A stretch of DNA of 64,000 nt, taken from positions 992,001 to 1,056,000 of the forward strand of contig CM022667.1 of NCBI GenBank assembly GCA_012295275.1. Direction: 5' to 3'. The position numbers and the translations under genes were made by a program. Each line of letters starts with the position of its first letter. Positions within the stretch are counted from its first letter, which is position 1. Below are positions 27,423 through 42,179 of this stretch, in pieces. Under the pieces are notes generated by a model. The model saw nothing but the letters and a program-made list of their open reading frames with translations. It was not told where the DNA came from and did not search any database. The stretch comes from Chrysomallon squamiferum. Its lineage: Eukaryota; Animalia; Mollusca.

Positions 27423-27621
<199 letters not shown>

Positions 27622-29129
27622 CACAAATAAATATATATAAAATATTTTTCTCTATATACATCTAATTACCACAACCACTGAACTATGAAATAAACATCAC
27701 ATATTACCTCTGTGACATAAAACACACAAATATGTTAATAAATACAATTACATGTTTTAGTCTGGGGAAAAGCCAACACTCTGAGTTTTGAGAAAATAAC
27801 CAAGTACTGAATTTGTATTGCAAATATTCAATGTTGTTGCCCTTGGGTAATTTTTTCTTTTTTTTTTTTTTGTCACCTTTTTTATCAAAATACATGAGGG
27901 AAATTAAATGTACCCTCAGTCACTCCTTGAAGAACATGAACAAATAATTTTACCGAATGATTAGTCAGAATTGCAAAATTGACACAAGGTACAGATATTT
28001 TATTTCTAATTCTGTTGTTTAATGTCCAGTTGTGATATTTATACGGTGATAAAATTAAATACTGAAGGGCAGGTTTGAACATATATATATATATATATAT
28101 ATATGTTGTTTTGTTATATTAGTATTGTTATTGTTATCGTTGTTGGTTATGGTGTTGGTTTTTATTACCATCATTATTTCCTTTATCAAAGTCACAGCAA
28201 AACAAGAATCATCTAGATACATTAGAGAGCTTCTTTCAAACAGAAGAATGCACATTCTGTGAGTCTAAAAATGATCTGATTGGTATTGTTGCAAACAAAA
28301 CTGTTGTGTCCTGGCAATGAAATGGGGAAACAGAACAAGACAGAAATTAAGAATAAAAATTAAAAAATTAAAAAAAGATGAATGAAACCAAAGAGAGAAA
28401 GAGATTTGTAAGATTTTAGGATTCAGAATTAATAAATCAACAAACGTCTGTTTTTTTATAACCTTTGCATTTTCAAATTTTATGAAAGTCTGAAGATGCA
28501 ACTGATGCATCATAAGCATCAAAATTAAAAACTGTTTCCCCTCCACCCTTGTCAGTCACTCTGATGGTAAGACAAGCCCTTGACAATTTCAATGCAGTTA
28601 TGTAACTGTGACACCCCATTTTGAATACATGGTTTAGTAGTGTCTTGAACCATGGAGGAGTGATTTTTTTCTTTTTCTTTTTTTTTTTTTTCTTTTTGTT
28701 GAAAATCCAAGTGTGGTGTGGGACAAAAGAAGTTGAGAAAAACTTGTCTAGACCGTAACAAAAGTCTTCATTCAATGCTAAACACTGGAGTTTATACTTA
28801 TTAACTGCTACCAGCTGGTTATCAGCTTTTTGAGACATCCCCTTGAGTAAACTGAAATTAATACCTCCAAGATGTTTTTAAATTAAAAAAAAAAAAAAAA
28901 AAAACTGTAAATTTTTACAACAATATTTAAGTACAGGGTTATGTACTACATAACTCCATGCCTATCAGCTGTATGAGACAGGTTTGATATTTTTTTGTAT
29001 TACACCCCCAGCCAATGTGATTCAATAATTATAATCAAATACAGTCATCACTATAAATATACATGGAGAGTTTAGAGTCTGCTGGCTCCAGGCAGTTATT
29101 CTAGATGGAGCTACATTTAATATATATGA

Positions 29130-29720
29130 ATAATAATGATGATGTTGACGATTATGATGGTGGTGATATTGATGATGTTGATGATAGTTCTGATGAAATA
29201 GAATGGTAGTGATGTTAATGATGATGATGATAAGAATGATAAGGTGGGAGCAGTAATGGTGATAGTAAACATGATAATTATAGTGATATTGTTGGCGATG
29301 GTAATATTGATGCTGCTGTTTACATAATAATGACATAATGATTATTATGATGACCACAGTGTTGGTGGTAAAATTAACAAACATGGTGACAGAGGTGACA
29401 ATGATGATGATGATGATGGCTATGGTGATGATAATGGAATTCTTGGTGTTGATGATGTCGGAAATGTTGATGCTAGAAATAACCTAAATGTTGATACTAG
29501 TATAACATTAGTAAAATGGTGGCAGCAAAGATGATGATAACAGTGACGGTGAAACAGATGACAATTATAATGAATATGGTGATGGTGATGTGGTGATAGC
29601 AGTGGTAACATTCGGTGCGATAATGACGGTGCTAACTGTGATATTTGCCATAAAAGAGATGAATAAATTATTTCTAATAATAATAAAGCACACGTGATAA
29701 TAATCACTATAACCACTTGC
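29130..29720. repeat. Highly degenerate (GAT/GGT/AAT)n trinucleotide region
   Basis: Three-base periodicity of gat/tga words; frequent stops in the plus frames. Confidence 0.8.
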
Positions 29721-30035
29721 AAATCAACAAACACACAGCAATGAACAACATTGCATAGATACTTTGGAGCAACAAATTACAGTTCTTTTTAATGAAACTG
29801 TCTGACAGGAGGGAAGCTGTCTGGACTATTCAGACACATGAAGTCAATTTAAAATTCAAATATTAGCTGGTACAATTGCAATTACACACAGAGATGTATT
29901 GTTCTCGGGTCAGAGAAAATTCTGCTCAGTGGCTTGTTTTTCATTATACAGTGGTGAGTTCTGGAATACAGAATAATATTAAATCTCTTGGTTATCCAAT
30001 ACATCAAGAAGGAGAGTTTTGATATTGCAACTTTG

Positions 30036-30094
<59 letters not shown>

Positions 30095-30554
30095 ATCTTT
30101 GCTAAAAACTGTTTATTAAGAAAGCCAAAGATATTATATTTCAGTTTTTAATATTCAAATTTTTGCTTCACACACACACACAAACACACACACACAAACA
30201 CAGACATACTCACAAGCATGCACAGGCAAACACATATATACAAACATACACACACCTATGGATATACACATACACACATACAAATACAGAAGAGTGAAAC
30301 AAGACAAAATTAGTGAGATATTTTAAGCAGGAATTCACAAATTCATCTGTCGTATAAATAAATGAAGTTAACCAATAAAGAAATTGTGAAAGAGTTTATG
30401 GAAATCCACTTCTCTGTGCTGCGCTGTATTAAATCTACATATCTAACTAGCGCCAGACACTTGACTACAACAGCTCAGAAATTTCCATTCAGTGAAAACA
30501 TCTACTTAGATCTGACAACAGCTCTCAGCACAGTGACACAGTGACACTGCACAA

Positions 30555-30720
30555 CGTGATCAGCATGATGATGTGATCAGCAAGAAAAATGACTTGATGA
30601 CATGATCAGCAAGAAAAATGACTTGATGATGTGTTCAGGAAGAAAGATGATTTGTTGATAAATCAGCAAGAAAAATGACAATTATGTGATCAGCAAGAAA
30701 TATGACTTAATGACTTGATA
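30555..30720 (+). repeat. 29-bp minisatellite (atgatgtgatcagcaagaaaaatgacttg), about 5 copies
   Basis: cagcaagaaaaatgac at 30578 and 30607, with further diverged copies. Confidence 0.9.
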
Positions 30721-31777
30721 GTACAACAGACACTTGAAATAATCAATGTTTAAATCTGATTCAAAACATTTAAATATCCCAAATTCATTTTCATTAATAA
30801 AATAAATAACATTTTACTGAAAAACTACATGAGTTAACAAAGTCAAGTAAATATATTTAATAATAATAATAATAAACAAATTTTAAGGGAAAAAAATCAT
30901 ATTTAAAAGAAATTTACTAAATTGTATTTAATAGTGAGAATGATAATTCAGTCTTTTTTTTTTTCTTTTCTTTCATAGTTCTTTTTTATTTTAGATTTTT
31001 ATTTTTTAAATTATTTTTTAAGTCAAAGTATAATTATTATTTTAATCCCAGTGAATTTCTTTGATATGTAATACAGTTCAAACACAAACAGTATTACATA
31101 TCTTTACCACAATGTCTAACAATGTCTTTTTTTAATTTAACCAGCAATTAAAACACAAAACAACTTGTAATACAAACCTACTTCAAATTATTTTCTTTAC
31201 AAATATATTAAAAATTCACTAGCACAACCTTTTTCCTTCTTTGGATCCTAACTCCCTTTTTCTTTTCTTTTTTTTTCTTTCTTTCATAAATCCAGTAACA
31301 TAAATCAGATCAAAAGATACAAAAAAAAAAAAGACAGTTTTACAACAATTAAATAGAGTAAAGAAAAAAAAAAGAAAATAAAAAATAAAAAAAATAAGTC
31401 TGGTATCGATGCAAAAAGGCTTTTCAACTTTTGAAAAGATATGTACTTAGATTCATTACGGAGATTATCTGCTATGCTAAGCTTTGTGTTGCTGAAATGG
31501 GAACACCTTGGTTGTTACCTTGGATGTCCTGGTGGGTTTATTTTGTCCATAAACATACTTTTCCACTTCATTACCTTTGAAGAGCTGCCAGGGAGCTTAC
31601 TGTTACAACAACAGTGCAATCAGAACAACAGCACACGATCTGATACACAGTACTTGTCACTGGTGATTACAGGCCCCTGTGGAGGATGTAATACCTGGTA
31701 AGGGGGTGGGTATGCTGCTTGGTTATACTGAACAAAAAAAAGTTGGGGATGATGTTTGAAATATATTCAGTATTGTG

Positions 31778-31822
<45 letters not shown>

Positions 31823-31830
31823 TAATAATG

Positions 31831-31878
<48 letters not shown>

Positions 31879-32029
31879 TTTATAATCATCATCATGACAA
31901 TATTGTTTTGTTTACTGAATCAATTAAACAGGAATGATGTGAAAAATGTAATTATTTGTGTGTGAAGTAATAATACTTATCCAGTGGATATGTAAGTAAA
32001 AAAAAAAAATAAATAAATAAATAAAAAAA

Positions 32030-32095
<66 letters not shown>

Positions 32096-32764
32096 AAATA
32101 AAAGTAAATAAATAATAATTATGGTAAATGAAAAAAATATAATAATAATAAAAAAATATAAAATAATTTTACAAAAAACAAAAAACAAAAACCCCAAAAG
32201 CCTAAATTTATTTTAGTATACAGATTAAAGGAAATTAGGGGTCACATGTTATACAATAACATTCTTCTGTAAAAAAATGATATACATTCAGCTAATGTGA
32301 TTAACTGACATGAAAATATATATTTCTGTATACTGAATGAAAAAAATTAATCATCTTATATGAAATATATTTAATAATAATTACAATAAAAACACATGTG
32401 GCTGACTGACATGGAGAAAAATTGAGACCATTTTATTTCTGAAATGAAAGTAAAAATATAATAAAAGTACTATTTTGCCAAAGCCAATGTAAAATCAATT
32501 GCATTTATGACATAAAATAAAACTATCATACAGTATTAAAAACAAAATCTAAACTAAAACAACTACAAATTTGTTTTGGAACAATGATTATCTTTAAAAA
32601 CAAGCCTTTGTGTCATAACTTTACATATGTTACAGAAGTAGGTTACTATCTCCTGTATTTACCAACTATTTACAATAGCTAGATTTTTTTCCTGATAAAC
32701 TCTATAATTGATCATTAACCAGTGATTAGCCATTCTTTTCTCTCACTGCCCACCTTTATCTATA

Positions 32765-34555
32765 TATCTACCTGAAAGTTAATTAGTTTACCTAACTGCA
32801 GGTATACTGAAAGAAATACCTGTAGTAAGTCGTGGTCAAATGCTCATTATACCCAGAGTGTTAGAAGACTAAAAATATTGAAGAAAGATGATCTACCTGG
32901 AAATTAATTAGTTTAGACAGGTATAAGTAGTGACAGAAATATTGGTAACAGGTATAGGTAATGACAGAAATATTAGTATTAATAACTCATGGTCAAATGC
33001 CCATTATAGTAAAGTGTTAGAATACTAAAAGTTTGGACCAAATATGATCTACCTGAAAATTAATTAGTTTAGACAGGTATAAATAAGTAGAGAAAGAAAT
33101 ACCTGTAATCAATCACAGTCAAATTTCCATCATATAAAAGAAATTCACTGGGATTAAAATAATAGTAGAAATGAGAAACAAATATGATACACCTGATAAT
33201 TAATTAGTTTACCTAACTGCAGGTAGTGACAGAGACACTTGTAATTATTTGTGGTCAAGTAAAGAAATTCATTGGGAATTAAATCAGTACTGGAATTAAT
33301 ACCATTTACCTAAGAACAACGATGGTGAAGGGATACACCTGAAAGTTAATTAATTTACCTGATAAGTTAGTGACAAATAACACCTGTAATTAGTAATGGT
33401 CAAATTACTGTCAAGAAATTCACTGGGATTTAAAGTGTTTTGAAATAATACTAGGTATCTACAGTCAAGATGATCAAATGCTCTACCTGAAAATTAATTA
33501 GTTTACCTTACACAGTCAGAGATACCTTTAATTGGTCAAAGTCAAATGCCTGTCATAGGAAACAAACTCACTGGCATTAAGATGTTAGAAATAATACCAG
33601 GTATCTAGAACAAAGATGATCAAATTATCTACCTGAACATTAATTAGTTTACCTTACAAAGGTAATGAAAAAATACCTTTATTAAGTCATGTCAGATGCC
33701 ATAGTCATAGTAAAGAAATTAACTGGGTCTAAAATGTTAGAAATAATACTAGGTATCTAGAACAAAAGATGATCAAGTGATTTACCTGTAAGTTAATTCA
33801 AAGGTTATCTATAATTAGTCATAAATCACAAGAGATGATCAAGTGATTTACCTGTAAGTTAATTCAGAGGTTATCTATAATTAGTCATAAATCACAAGAG
33901 ATGATCAAGTGATTTACCTGTAAGTTAATTCAAAGGTTATCTATAATTAGTCATAAATCACAAGAGATGATCAAGTGATTTACCTGTAAGTTAATTCAGA
34001 GGTTATCTATAATTAGTCATAAATCACAAGAGATGATCAATGATTTACCTGTAAGTTAATTCAAAGGTTATCTATAATTAGTCATAAATCACAAGAGATG
34101 ATGGGATTTACCTAAAGTTAATTCAAAGGTTATCTATAATTAGTCATAAATCACAAGAGATGATCAAGTGATTTACCTGTAAGTTAATTCAGAGGTTATC
34201 TATAATTAGTCATAAATCACAAGAGATGATCAAGTGATTTACCTGTAAGTTAATTCAAAGGTTATCTATAATTAGTCATAAATCACAAGAGATGATCAAG
34301 TGATTTACCTGTAAGTTAATTCAAAGGTTATCTATAATTAGTCATAAATCACAAGGCATTCATATTCAAGAAATTCACTGGGATTAAAGTATCAGAAATA
34401 ATACTAGGTATCTGGAACAAAGATAATCCCAGCCAATTAGTTTACCTACTGGCACAAACACCTGTAATTAGTCACGGTCAAATACCTGTCAAAGTAAAGA
34501 CATTCCACAGACTGTATAAGTGTTAGAAGTAACACGTGAATCACGAACAAAGTGA
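32765..34555 (+). repeat. Degenerate tandem array, unit about 125-155 bp (typically about 145)
   Basis: Anchor acctgaaaattaattagttta recurs at about 32770, 32895, 33050, 33190, 33337, 33485 and 33630. Shared blocks ggtcaaatg, aagaaattcactgggattaaa and gaaataatactaggtatct. Confidence 0.9.
33768..34355 (+). repeat. Homogeneous 66-bp tandem array, 9 copies, nested in the about 145-bp array
   Basis: Unit gatgatcaagtgatttacctgtaagttaattca[a/g]aggttatctataattagtcataaatcacaaga; period 66 (33781, 33847, 33913, 33979...). Stops occur in all six frames. Confidence 0.97.
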
Positions 34556-36257
34556 TATATTATACTAGAACACTGGAATGGCAACCAAACACACTATTAC
34601 CCATACTGACAAGTTTTTGTGTTATGGAAACAGTGTTCCAGGATTTTCTGCATATTTTTGTCTCCTCTGTATAAAAAAAAAAAAAAAAAAACACCAACAT
34701 CACCTTCATGAAACAGCCAGGGCTAGTCTTGCAGTACAGTTTCATATCAGTAGTTTTATCAGAGTCACTGGGTATCCTGGAACCACTGTAAATGACATAT
34801 TGTAAAATTAGTACAGATGTTAGGATTTTTTTTGTGTGGTGTTTCGTACGGTTTTATTTTTAAATATATATATATTTATCTGGGGGTGTTTTGTTTTGTT
34901 GTTGTTTGGTGCATTGTTTTTATCTCTGCAGTTGTTACTGTCTGTAGTTTTAGGACTAGCATGGTACTCTGAATATATCAGTCAACATGTATTTAGCAGA
35001 AGTGTTAGAAGAAAATATACAGAAAACAGCTTCGGTATAGAAGTTTTATACATGTGTGTGTATAGGTGTATGACAGTGTATGTGTGTGTTTATGTTATGC
35101 TTATATATGTGTATGTATGAATTTATGTGAATGTGAATATGCATATATCTGTTTGTATGTTTGTGGGTGTGTACATGCATGTCTGCTGTATGTTTATCTG
35201 TATTACTTTTTTTCTGTAGTTGCAATGGTTTCAAAAACAGACTTAATTATGAAGAGATAAGTTAATTTTTTTTTCTAAAGTACTAGTGTTAACATTGTCT
35301 GGCAAGCAGACCAGACTTGATGGATCAGTATATAAGTATCTGCTGTTAATAACAAAATATTCAGGTAACTTCAACACAGATAAGACTTACTAATTTGCTT
35401 TGGAATTTGCGTTAGTCAGAGCTTTGCTGTGATCTGTTTTCAGAAGATATAATAATCTTTTGCTTGAAAACAAATGCCTTTAGTGATTATATTGCATTAT
35501 AATGTGAGACCTGAAGTTTAAAATTAATAATTAAATTTTTTTTTTTTTTTTAAATAATGGTTAAAAAAAAAAAAAAAAAAAATCAATTTTCAGAAGGTTT
35601 GTTCACGTAAAGATATGAAATAAATTTCTGGTGAAAATTGTAAAATGATAACAAAAACCATAACAAACAATAGCAACTAATATGACAAATATGAATGAGA
35701 TGATAGTAATAATGTTAAAATGTATGATATGCATGTGTATGTTGTATGATGCATATTTCATTTACATACTGACATACATTTATATTCTGCAAAAACTGTA
35801 CACTACAAACAATGAAATATGATAACTAAATAAATTTCTATATTTTGTGGCACAGACCAAATATATAGCTTTTGGGGAATGGAACTGTATTTACTTTGAT
35901 AAATTATTTGTGAACAAAAATATGTACAGACACATTCAAACACAAACACTGTTCAAAATTACTTCTTTATTGCTTAATTGCTGGTTTAGATCTTAAAAGA
36001 CCATTTTGAAAATGGTTTTCATTTTTAAAAAATCAAAAAAAAACCCACATGATTGTTGTTATTTAAGAACTATTTTGTATTGATGTATAGTTTTTGTAGC
36101 CAACAACCAAATAAATAATCTTCAGGGCAGTGAGTGGTGAAATAAATCAGATAATTTCATTTAATTTTTGTATTATTTGGAAAACAACCATTCTAATCTT
36201 TGCTGGATAAAGTTGATATCTTAAAACAGTGATAAGTCATTCCCTATATGTGTGTGA

Positions 36258-36315
<58 letters not shown>

Positions 36316-36764
36316 GTGGTTTTTTGTGTGTAAGATGCTTGTGTGATTCTGTTAAACATGAAGGACAGTAAACAATTTAACTTTTTTTTTTTTTTATGAA
36401 TGTTATCCATAATAACTATATTCCAGTTATCTAGTTTAATTTAATTTTCAATAGTTAATTTTCACCATTCTCAAATTCGGAATATATTTCTTGTTATTCC
36501 AGTGATATTTCAGAGCAGAGACACCCAGAATAACACGTAATATTCTGTACTCATTCCCTTGTTACTATCTTAGTTAGTTATTCAGAAAACCACACATATA
36601 TCACACACAATCTATCTCAATGAGTCTGTTGGGAAAAATATAAGTTTCTAAAAAAATTAAAAAAAATAAAAAGACAAATTGGTTGTCAGCATTCACAAAT
36701 GATCAACATCCATGCACTGAACGATAATTGCATTTAGATAGCAAGTGAGTGTTATCTAACAGTA

Positions 36765-36970
36765 TTGAATAAAACTTGTATTACATACTGATAATATTAA
36801 GTAATAACAGTATTACACTGCCATTTGTATTACATATAAAATAAAACGTGTGTCACACGTTAAGTAATAACTGTTATGTAATAATAAATCCTGTTGCATT
36901 TTATATTTAACTGTATTAAATAAAAAAGCTGTATTACATATTAATAATGTTCTTGTAATAACTGTCAGTT
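36765..36970 (+). repeat. Degenerate short tandem duplication (aataaaa..tgtattacata..taagtaataac), about 3 copies
   Basis: Recurrent blocks seen on reading. Confidence 0.6.
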
Positions 36971-37494
36971 ATCTGACAAATGTTCTGCACATCCAGAATC
37001 TTTATCTGATGTGTTTCTGACTGGAAGTGTTGGGATTTCTGAATTTTTCGTATCTCTGAATATAAGTTATATGGCCTGAGAACAGGATCTATATCTAAAT
37101 TCCATTTTGTATTTTTCCATCAACAGCTTACACAAATAATCTACAGGATTTTTATATATACAAATATTTTTAATAATTTTTTGTGCTCTTATCAGATTTT
37201 GCAAATTTCAAAGAAAGGTTCCTCAACATATATATTTTACATGTATGATTCATTAAAAAGTACTTGTATTATTTTTGTATGTAGAGCCTATATTTATTTA
37301 TTGATTTAGTTAGTTAGTTGGTTAGTTAGTTAGTTAGTTAGATAGTTATTTTCTCTTACCATCACCCAGGAGCCAGGTACTTTTGTGTTAGGATTCTGTT
37401 AAACATTTATTCCTTGATTCATATTGTATACTGACTCACAAAATGTAGGGGTCATATATTTTTTCAATCAGATTTTAATTAGGAAGTGCTTTTA

Positions 37495-37498
37495 ATAA

Positions 37499-37577
<79 letters not shown>

Positions 37578-37610
37578 ATGATGATGATGATGATAATAAT
37601 GGTGATGAAA
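37495..37610. repeat. Compound (AAT)n(GAT)n microsatellite
   Basis: Direct reading. Confidence 0.95.
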
Positions 37611-38429
37611 CCAAAAATTACGTTTTCAAAAAAATTAAGATATTATACATAAAACAAAGTATTATAGATATTTAAAAGTTTCTAACTAATTACTGAAATC
37701 AACATCTGTTATCACCAAGTCATATTAATGCAGAAATATTAAACAGAAATAAATATTATCTTTGAAGTATGCAAACTAATAAAGCCAGAACGCAAAACAG
37801 GAAACTGCAACAGTTATTTCCCTTGGGTATTTTTCAGTATTATTATAATTATTATTATTTCTTTAGAGGAACAGTAAATCATGCAGAATGTAAGATAACT
37901 TTGTCATGGTGCTCAGGGATGAACTAAATAATTAAAATGCTGTCACATTTTATTATTATTATTGTGATTATTTATTAATTCTTAGTAAAAATTTAGCTCT
38001 CTTATGCAGTTATTCTTATTATTATATTATTTATGTAATGATTTTTGATGTTGCTCTTTGTTTTCCCTGAGGTTTCAAAACTGTTTTTCTAAACTGGTTT
38101 TATTTTAGGAAGTTAAAAATGTAATATTTTATATATGCTACAAAGGATAGAATGCTGATTGCAAGAAGATATTGCATTTCCCATATAACATCAGATGAGT
38201 AAAACTGATATTTTAAAACAGTAGCCAGGTATTTCTTATATCCTGCAGTCCTAAATAATGTAAAAACTGAGATCACTGTTTTTTATCTTAGTATGGACTA
38301 CATAAACTTTACATCAATAAAGAGATAATTTTTAATTTTCAATGATTTTTTTGTTATTTTTTAAAATGAAACCCATTTTTGAAAATGCATTTTTAACATC
38401 TAAGCCAGTAATTAAACACTGAAGAAATA

Positions 38430-38468
<39 letters not shown>

Positions 38469-38927
38469 AATATATTTATCAAAGTAAAAATAGTTCTGTG
38501 TTGTGACCAAATGTATGTATTTTTGTAGTTAAAATGATTGCAGGATAAATAAATATATTTATTTGTGTACACACACCCACAAATTAGTTCTGTCAAAGAA
38601 GAAACAAAGAAAAGTAAAACTGGACAATATTTTAATGTCATTCACCTTTGAGCCTCTGTCATAATAGGTGAATAAATTTATACAAATTTGTGTTAATTGC
38701 TATCTTTCTGTTCCTCCTATTTTATTCACCCTAAAATAACTCCATTTAACCTTCATTCAGAACTGTAACTATGGATTTGCAATTTATGACAAAAAAAAAA
38801 AAAAAAAATAATAATTTCAGAGAATCTTTAACTATTGAGAAGAATCTTTTCTTTCAATTTGATTGAAAAAGCACCAGGAGTAATTGGCTCATTTCAGAAC
38901 CATCATCATCAATAAAAACATTTTTTT

Positions 38928-38961
<34 letters not shown>

Positions 38962-39328
38962 ACTTATCATTAAACATTTAATAATTAACTTACTTTTATA
39001 TTATTGATTCTCATTTTTATCAATTATTTTAATGATTTTGCTTTTTCCCTTTCAATCGTAGATTTTATATAATTTAAAAATCAGCAGAAAAATTATTTCT
39101 CCACCATTAATTAGCGTTAACATTTTTTTTTATCTTTACTGACATTTAAAAGGCATTAATTCTATTGACTGTAGTTTACACACATCCAGACATACCAAAT
39201 ATAACCTGTGATGTTGTTATATGTTAATTCTCATGCAAAAAAAAAATATAACTAATTATTATTTTTTTTTAATTATTACTTGCAACATTAAACATGCAAC
39301 AATTAACTTAATTTTATATTATTGATTC

Positions 39329-39374
<46 letters not shown>

Positions 39375-39729
39375 ATCTTTAAAGATTTAAAGATTTCTTT
39401 TCCACAAAACACTAGACATTGATTGTGGTGTTATTGTGTTAATTCCTATGCACCAGTTTGACAGAGGATAAAAAAAAATAGGATAATAACAACACTTTAA
39501 AATCTTCACTGAATGGACTCATCAAATCCAATACAGGATGCAGTTAGGCTAAAAATATCTCCCTGCTTGAAATGAAAAGATGAAGTTTACACACTAATTG
39601 TGCTTATTACCTGTACAGTTAAAATTGCAAGATGGTTACCTTCCAGTTGTTGTTTTTTTCTTTCTTTCTCTCTCTGTCTTGCTCTAACCATGTGTTTTAT
39701 ATAACACATTTTGTTTTAATTTTGTGCTT

Positions 39730-39764
<35 letters not shown>

Positions 39765-40283
39765 AATACAGGGATAGAGTAAGAGAGAGATGGAAAGAGA
39801 GAGAGAAAAGAAATCTAGAAGGTAACCATCTTGAAAAAATACATACATACATACATACATACATACATACATGCATACATGCACACATACATACATACAT
39901 ACATATATATTTATATGCATATGTATATGTATATATGTATATGTATATAAAACAAAGTTAAAACAAAATTCAGGTATTCTACACAGACAATTTTCTTTTT
40001 TACTGAGTTTTTAAATAATTTTAAGAGTTTTTAAGAACTGAATAATTTAGATTACTCTATTAGGCAAAGCAATTATTGCACATGAAAGGACACTTGAGTA
40101 ATTTAACAGACAATGTTTTTAAAACAGAATAACTTAAGAAAAACTTATGTTCTGCGTTCTATAAAAAAACAATAAAAAAAACAAAACAATCTGCAGTTAA
40201 AGATTATTTCTGACGCAGTTTTCAAAGGAAATCTGCCAAGTTTTTTTCATTAGCAGCAAATTATCTCTTGTTTATATCCCATC

Positions 40284-40336
<53 letters not shown>

Positions 40337-40559
40337 GCACACATACATGTTTGTGTGGGTGTGTATGAATGTGTTGGTTTATACTGTTTGTTAAATATAT
40401 ATACATGGTTAAATATATATGTATAACACAGATAGATAGACAGATGTAGATAGTTAGATAGATCGATTGTTATATATCAGTTATAATCAGATTGTCATCA
40501 CAATTAACACTATTAACATATTATTATAGAGAAGGTAAATACTCATTAATTATCATACA

Positions 40560-41070
40560 AACATTACTTCAAATATTACTATCCTGTCTCTCATAATTCT
40601 GTAGAGATTTTTACACAAGAGTTAATTCAAACACACAGCTCAAAAATTACCACCTTGTCTCTGATAATTCAGTGTTTATATATTCATACTGAGGTGTTGT
40701 TAAACACATACCAATTCAAATATACAACTCAGTTACTATCATGCAGTCTTTAGTAATTCAATATATATTTTTACATTTAAATTTCATTAAGCATTCATTA
40801 ATTCAATCATCACTAGTACTTAATTGCATTGTTTTATACGGAGGTGTTGCTAAATACAGATTAATTCAAACAGACAGCTCAATTACTATCATGTTGTCTT
40901 TAGTAATTTGGTATATATTTTTATACCGAGGCACTGTTAAACACTCACTAAGTCAAATATATCACTCAATTACTGTCACGCGGTCTTCAGTAATTCAGCA
41001 CATATTCTCATACTGAAATGCTGTTAAACACTCGTTAAGTCAAATTAATAACCCAACTGTTACTGTTAAC
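40560..41070 (+). repeat. Degenerate about 87-bp tandem array, about 6 copies
   Basis: ctcaattactatcatg..tctttagtaattc...tatactgaggtgttgttaaacac...aattcaaa recurs at about 40640, 40730, 40880, 40968 and 41055. Confidence 0.8.
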
Positions 41071-42142
41071 ACATGATCAGCAAGAGAACCAAAGGGGAAT
41101 GCAAACACACACACACACACACATCTCTATTAGACACATACTGTGATTTTCAAATTACATTTCGGGGGCCCATAATTCTGATTAACTGGCAGAAAAAACA
41201 TCGCACTGCACTGCAAGGACTGGCCCATTTCTCATTTCTCCCCTGCTGTTCCCACTGTAGACACTTTTAATGAGCGGAGTTAATGAATCATTTCGAACAA
41301 GGTGTCAGATGCTGAACGGTGTTTTGAAAAGATTTCTAAAGGTGTCATGAGGCTTGACTTTATGTCTTGGTGAGAGCTGGCTGGAGTGTGCTGTACAGAC
41401 AGGGAGTCCACGCAATACAAAAGGTGGTTGACATGCAAAAGAAAGGGATAACACGCAATAGAGAAGGGTGGGTAACATGCAATGCAAAAAGAGGTAGTGT
41501 AGAATATAAAAAAGAAGCACATACAACTAGCTGGTGTTATATGTTAATTTTTCCACCTAATATTCCAAAATAATGAGAACAAAAACATGGACAAGACTAT
41601 AGTCATTAAGCTATATTCTTTTATGTACATTTTATATTTATATATACAAATGTACACCTCACATATGCACATATATGTATATACATACAAACATACATAC
41701 ATACATACACATTACATACAAACATACATACATACACATTACATACTAACATACATACATACATACATACATACACATAAACAAATATAATGCTTGCATA
41801 CACATACCCAGACACACACATTCACTGAACTAATAACCTACAAATGAACAGACACAACATGAACATTTAATAAACAAAAAAGTTCATTAAAATGTAGATT
41901 AGCCTCAATTTTCATTGTCACAACTGAGTTTTCAACACAATAAACCCATTTAAGCTTATGATCTACAGCAACATGTGCTACACAGCATAAACTGTCGTTT
42001 TCATCAGTGTGACACAGCGAGTAAATGAAATCAACTGCTGCAGTATACTGATTAACATTATTTATACCTCGGCTATTTGTTTTATAATAGGTTATCACAT
42101 TCTTAAAATCAAATATATCATATTACATATCACACACACACA

Positions 42143-42179
<37 letters not shown>

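Noticed and set aside
33768-34355. 66-bp array as a CRISPR array or coding repeat (66 = 22 codons)
   Set aside because: There are no unique spacers and no cas genes, the context is eukaryotic, and stop codons occur in all six frames.
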